Source: a virus
Direction: 5' to 3' (one strand)
Length of the DNA: 64,000 bases
IMG/VR virus record: IMGVR_UViG_3300045988_140928
Span: 88,692 to 152,691 of that record
Positions 61,694 through 64,000 of the stretch are shown here, one piece after another (the stretch's first letter is position 1; every line of letters begins with the position of its first letter). A program made the position numbers and the translations under genes. The notes under the pieces were generated by a model, which worked only from the letters and a program-made list of their open reading frames with translations, had not been told where the DNA came from and made no database searches.

Positions 61694-63169
61694 TTATACT
61701 TCCTTTTCTTTATTAGGGTTAATAGCGTCATTAATTGTTTGAATTAACTCTGCATTTTTGTCTATCTTGTTACTAGGACGTTTATGAGTTGTATTAGACT
61801 CGTCTAAAGTAGCTAAGTGATCTGCCTGTTCGTCTTTAGATTCTGGGTGAAGGCGCATAGACTTTAAGTCATAACGTAAATACATAAAATTGTCGTCAAA
61901 GCCAAAGTTATTCCGAACCTTATCAAGATAAAGCCTAATGTAACCCTTCTTATATTCTTCTGGAGTTGAATTTAATGTAGCACCAAAAGCAATAGTGTTC
62001 TTCTTACGATAGGAACCTTCCACATTTTCCATGGTCTTAATTTCAGCAATTCCAGATCCACGATTAAGCTGAGAAGCAGTAAAGATTAAAGTATCTGTTT
62101 CTTGAGCCAAACGTACTAAATCTTGATAAAGTAATTCACCTGCTTGTGCTTCATTATCAGAATAATGTTTTTTAATTAACAAGTCAGCATAATCTAGGAT
62201 AACAACTTCAATTTTAGCTTGTTTCTCCCGTTCTACTTTATTAATCACCTGTCTTACATCATCTACCGTCCACGTTAAAGGAGTAGATTTTGCATAATAA
62301 ACATTTCCTACCATCTGATTTTCATTTACTTTGTTGTAGTAATTATGAACTCTTTGTTTATAATCCTCTCTAATTTCACCTTCTGGAGTAAATACATCAT
62401 GAATATCGGAATTGGTAATAATTCGGTCAAACCGTAAAATTTGATCAGTATTTAATTCTTCTAGCGTAATATGTAGAACATTATGATGAGCAACCATCGA
62501 ATAATAATAAGTAAGATTAGATAAGAAACTACTTTTTCCTCGTCCAGAAGGGGCGTTAATAACTGCAATCTGTCCGGTTTCTAATCCGCCACCAGTAACA
62601 ACGTCTAAAGGTTTTAAACCAGACGATAACTTACGATTGCCAAACTCATCATAGATAGCTTCCTTACGAGCTAGATCCTTAAAAATATCAATAACTTCAT
62701 AATCAGTACCAGTGAGCTTAATTTCATTAATCTGGTTCATTCGTTTTTCTACCCGTTCTGAAATATGATCAGAACCTTTAGTAGCTTCCTCGATAATAGC
62801 TTGATTACCTAATTGAGTATGTACATAATTTTCTAGCTCAGTAAGAACAACGGTATTGTTATCTTCTTTAGCATTAATAAGATTAGACGTAGTTTGAAAT
62901 AATCCATTTAAAACATTGTCTGGAACAGTGGTGTTACTTCTCTCTGCTTGTCTTTTTAGACGTTCTTCTACTTTTAGGTTAAGAGCATTTAAACTTAAAG
63001 GCTCATCTGTAGTAGCATAATATTGGACTACAGTTTCAGCAATTAATTTATAAGTAGGATCTTTAATTAATACTCCCACATTTCGTGATAATACATTTTT
63101 AGTAGTGTGAGCACTGTGAATTGATCTTACTAATAATTGCTCTTCTTTTTGACGACTATCTAATTCCAT
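61694..63169 (-). CDS. DnaB-like replicative helicase
   Basis: Walker A APSGRGKSS, Walker B VVILDYADL, RecA-like C-terminal domain. 491 aa. Confidence 0.75.
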   Translation of the reverse strand: MELDSRQKEEQLLVRSIHSAHTTKNVLSRNVGVLIKDPTYKLIAETVVQYYATTDEPLSLNALNLKVEERLKRQAERSNTTVPDNVLNGLFQTTSNLINAKEDNNTVVLTELENYVHTQLGNQAIIEEATKGSDHISERVEKRMNQINEIKLTGTDYEVIDIFKDLARKEAIYDEFGNRKLSSGLKPLDVVTGGGLETGQIAVINAPSGRGKSSFLSNLTYYYSMVAHHNVLHITLEELNTDQILRFDRIITNSDIHDVFTPEGEIREDYKQRVHNYYNKVNENQMVGNVYYAKSTPLTWTVDDVRQVINKVEREKQAKIEVVILDYADLLIKKHYSDNEAQAGELLYQDLVRLAQETDTLIFTASQLNRGSGIAEIKTMENVEGSYRKKNTIAFGATLNSTPEEYKKGYIRLYLDKVRNNFGFDDNFMYLRYDLKSMRLHPESKDEQADHLATLDESNTTHKRPSNKIDKNAELIQTINDAINPNKEKEV

Positions 63170-63915
63170 TAAATTATTAATCCTCTCTGATTAAGATAAT
63201 GGTAAGCATTGAATAAATATTTTAATTCATTTGGATCTCGAAGCTCTGTTTCATTATTAACTCCATAATAGTAATAACTGTATTCTGTTACACCTAAGTG
63301 ATGCGTTAGAGCTTCGTGTGGGTCCTTACAAATTAAGAATATTACAGGTTCAAAATACTCCACACCATCTAATAATAACATATTATCCCAAGTTTTATCA
63401 GAGTGTTTTAAAAGCAGTCTTCTAACCTTTTCCATTGAAACATTGATATAAGGAGTGTTACGATAATCAAAAACTCTTTCTTTAAGATAAGTCTGTTCTT
63501 CACTATATAGAGTTTTAACAGGAACCTTAAATAACATATTAAGAGCTTTTAAGTATAAGTTATCTAAAGTAACATATAATTCCTTATTAGCCAATTTTCT
63601 GTACTTATCTTTACTATCATATGCTTTTAAGATCATTTCTTGATTAAAACTACCTAGAGGCAAAAACGGAATCTTCTTACGCCTACGATTAAGATATAAA
63701 TAATAATCAAATACATTAGACATTAACCAAACAGGATTCTCTTTTAACCTAATACTTAAATCATAAAAGCTACTCATAATCTGTTGGTCAATCTCACTAG
63801 GCTTAATAAAGTAATTAAATACGGTTGCTTTATTTTCAACTAAAACATAATTAAAGCAATCATAAGCTTGTCCTAATAGATATACATAGTCTTTTTTTAA
63901 ATAATTACACATCAC
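63169..63915 (-). CDS. hypothetical protein (first gene after promoter copy D)
   Basis: ORF track. Confidence 0.7.
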   Translation of the reverse strand: MMCNYLKKDYVYLLGQAYDCFNYVLVENKATVFNYFIKPSEIDQQIMSSFYDLSIRLKENPVWLMSNVFDYYLYLNRRRKKIPFLPLGSFNQEMILKAYDSKDKYRKLANKELYVTLDNLYLKALNMLFKVPVKTLYSEEQTYLKERVFDYRNTPYINVSMEKVRRLLLKHSDKTWDNMLLLDGVEYFEPVIFLICKDPHEALTHHLGVTEYSYYYYGVNNETELRDPNELKYLFNAYHYLNQRGLII

Positions 63916-63943
63916 ATCACCAACCTGTTTTATTGATAATCTT

Positions 63944-63987
63944 ACTATAACACTTTTAGTTAAATATTCAACTACTTTTGTACAAAA
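63944..63987 (-). promoter_or_regulatory. conserved phage promoter module, copy D
   Basis: Minus strand: TTTTGTACAAAA (63987-76), TTGAAT (63971-66), 16 nt, TGTTATAGT (-10 at 63949-44). Confidence 0.6.
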
Positions 63988-64000
63988 AAGTAAAATAAAA

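Overview
The window looks like the early, DNA-replication and nucleotide-metabolism part of a large, AT-rich, virulent SPO1-like (Herelleviridae-type) myophage of a lactobacillus-type host. The host call rests on the Lactobacillus-type N-deoxyribosyltransferase and the overall gene set.

Layout:
- A plus-strand block (2.3-29.4 kb) carries nrdH-like, PgpA/YutG-like, NDT and PnuC genes, two XRE + Bro/KilAC modules, an SbcD-like nuclease, an SF2 helicase, family A DNA polymerase, thymidine kinase and many small genes.
- A minus-strand block (29.9-63.9 kb) carries DnaB-like helicase, SbcC-like ATPase, primase, HU/TF1-like protein, deoxynucleoside kinase, RecA-like recombinase, a sigma-like factor and Ig-like paralogs, plus an array of small early genes.
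- No capsid, tail or lysis genes, integrase or CRISPR array are visible.

Most unusual features:
1. Two intact TnpB-only IS605-type elements with conserved omega-RNA scaffolds and different guides.
2. Three non-canonical tRNA-like modules directly 3' of TnpB copy 1. One has a truncated D arm, one has tmRNA-like topology, and one lacks the anticodon arm.
3. A 1.9-kb ORF-free, helix-dense block.
4. Perfectly identical 134- and 170-bp promoter/5'UTR cassettes in front of unrelated small genes, with a covarying hairpin.
5. A terminator/attenuator-like leader in front of a gene for a protein with a TerD-like C-terminal domain.
6. Likely ATT start codons.

All calls come from reading the sequence and recalling motifs. 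No database search was run.
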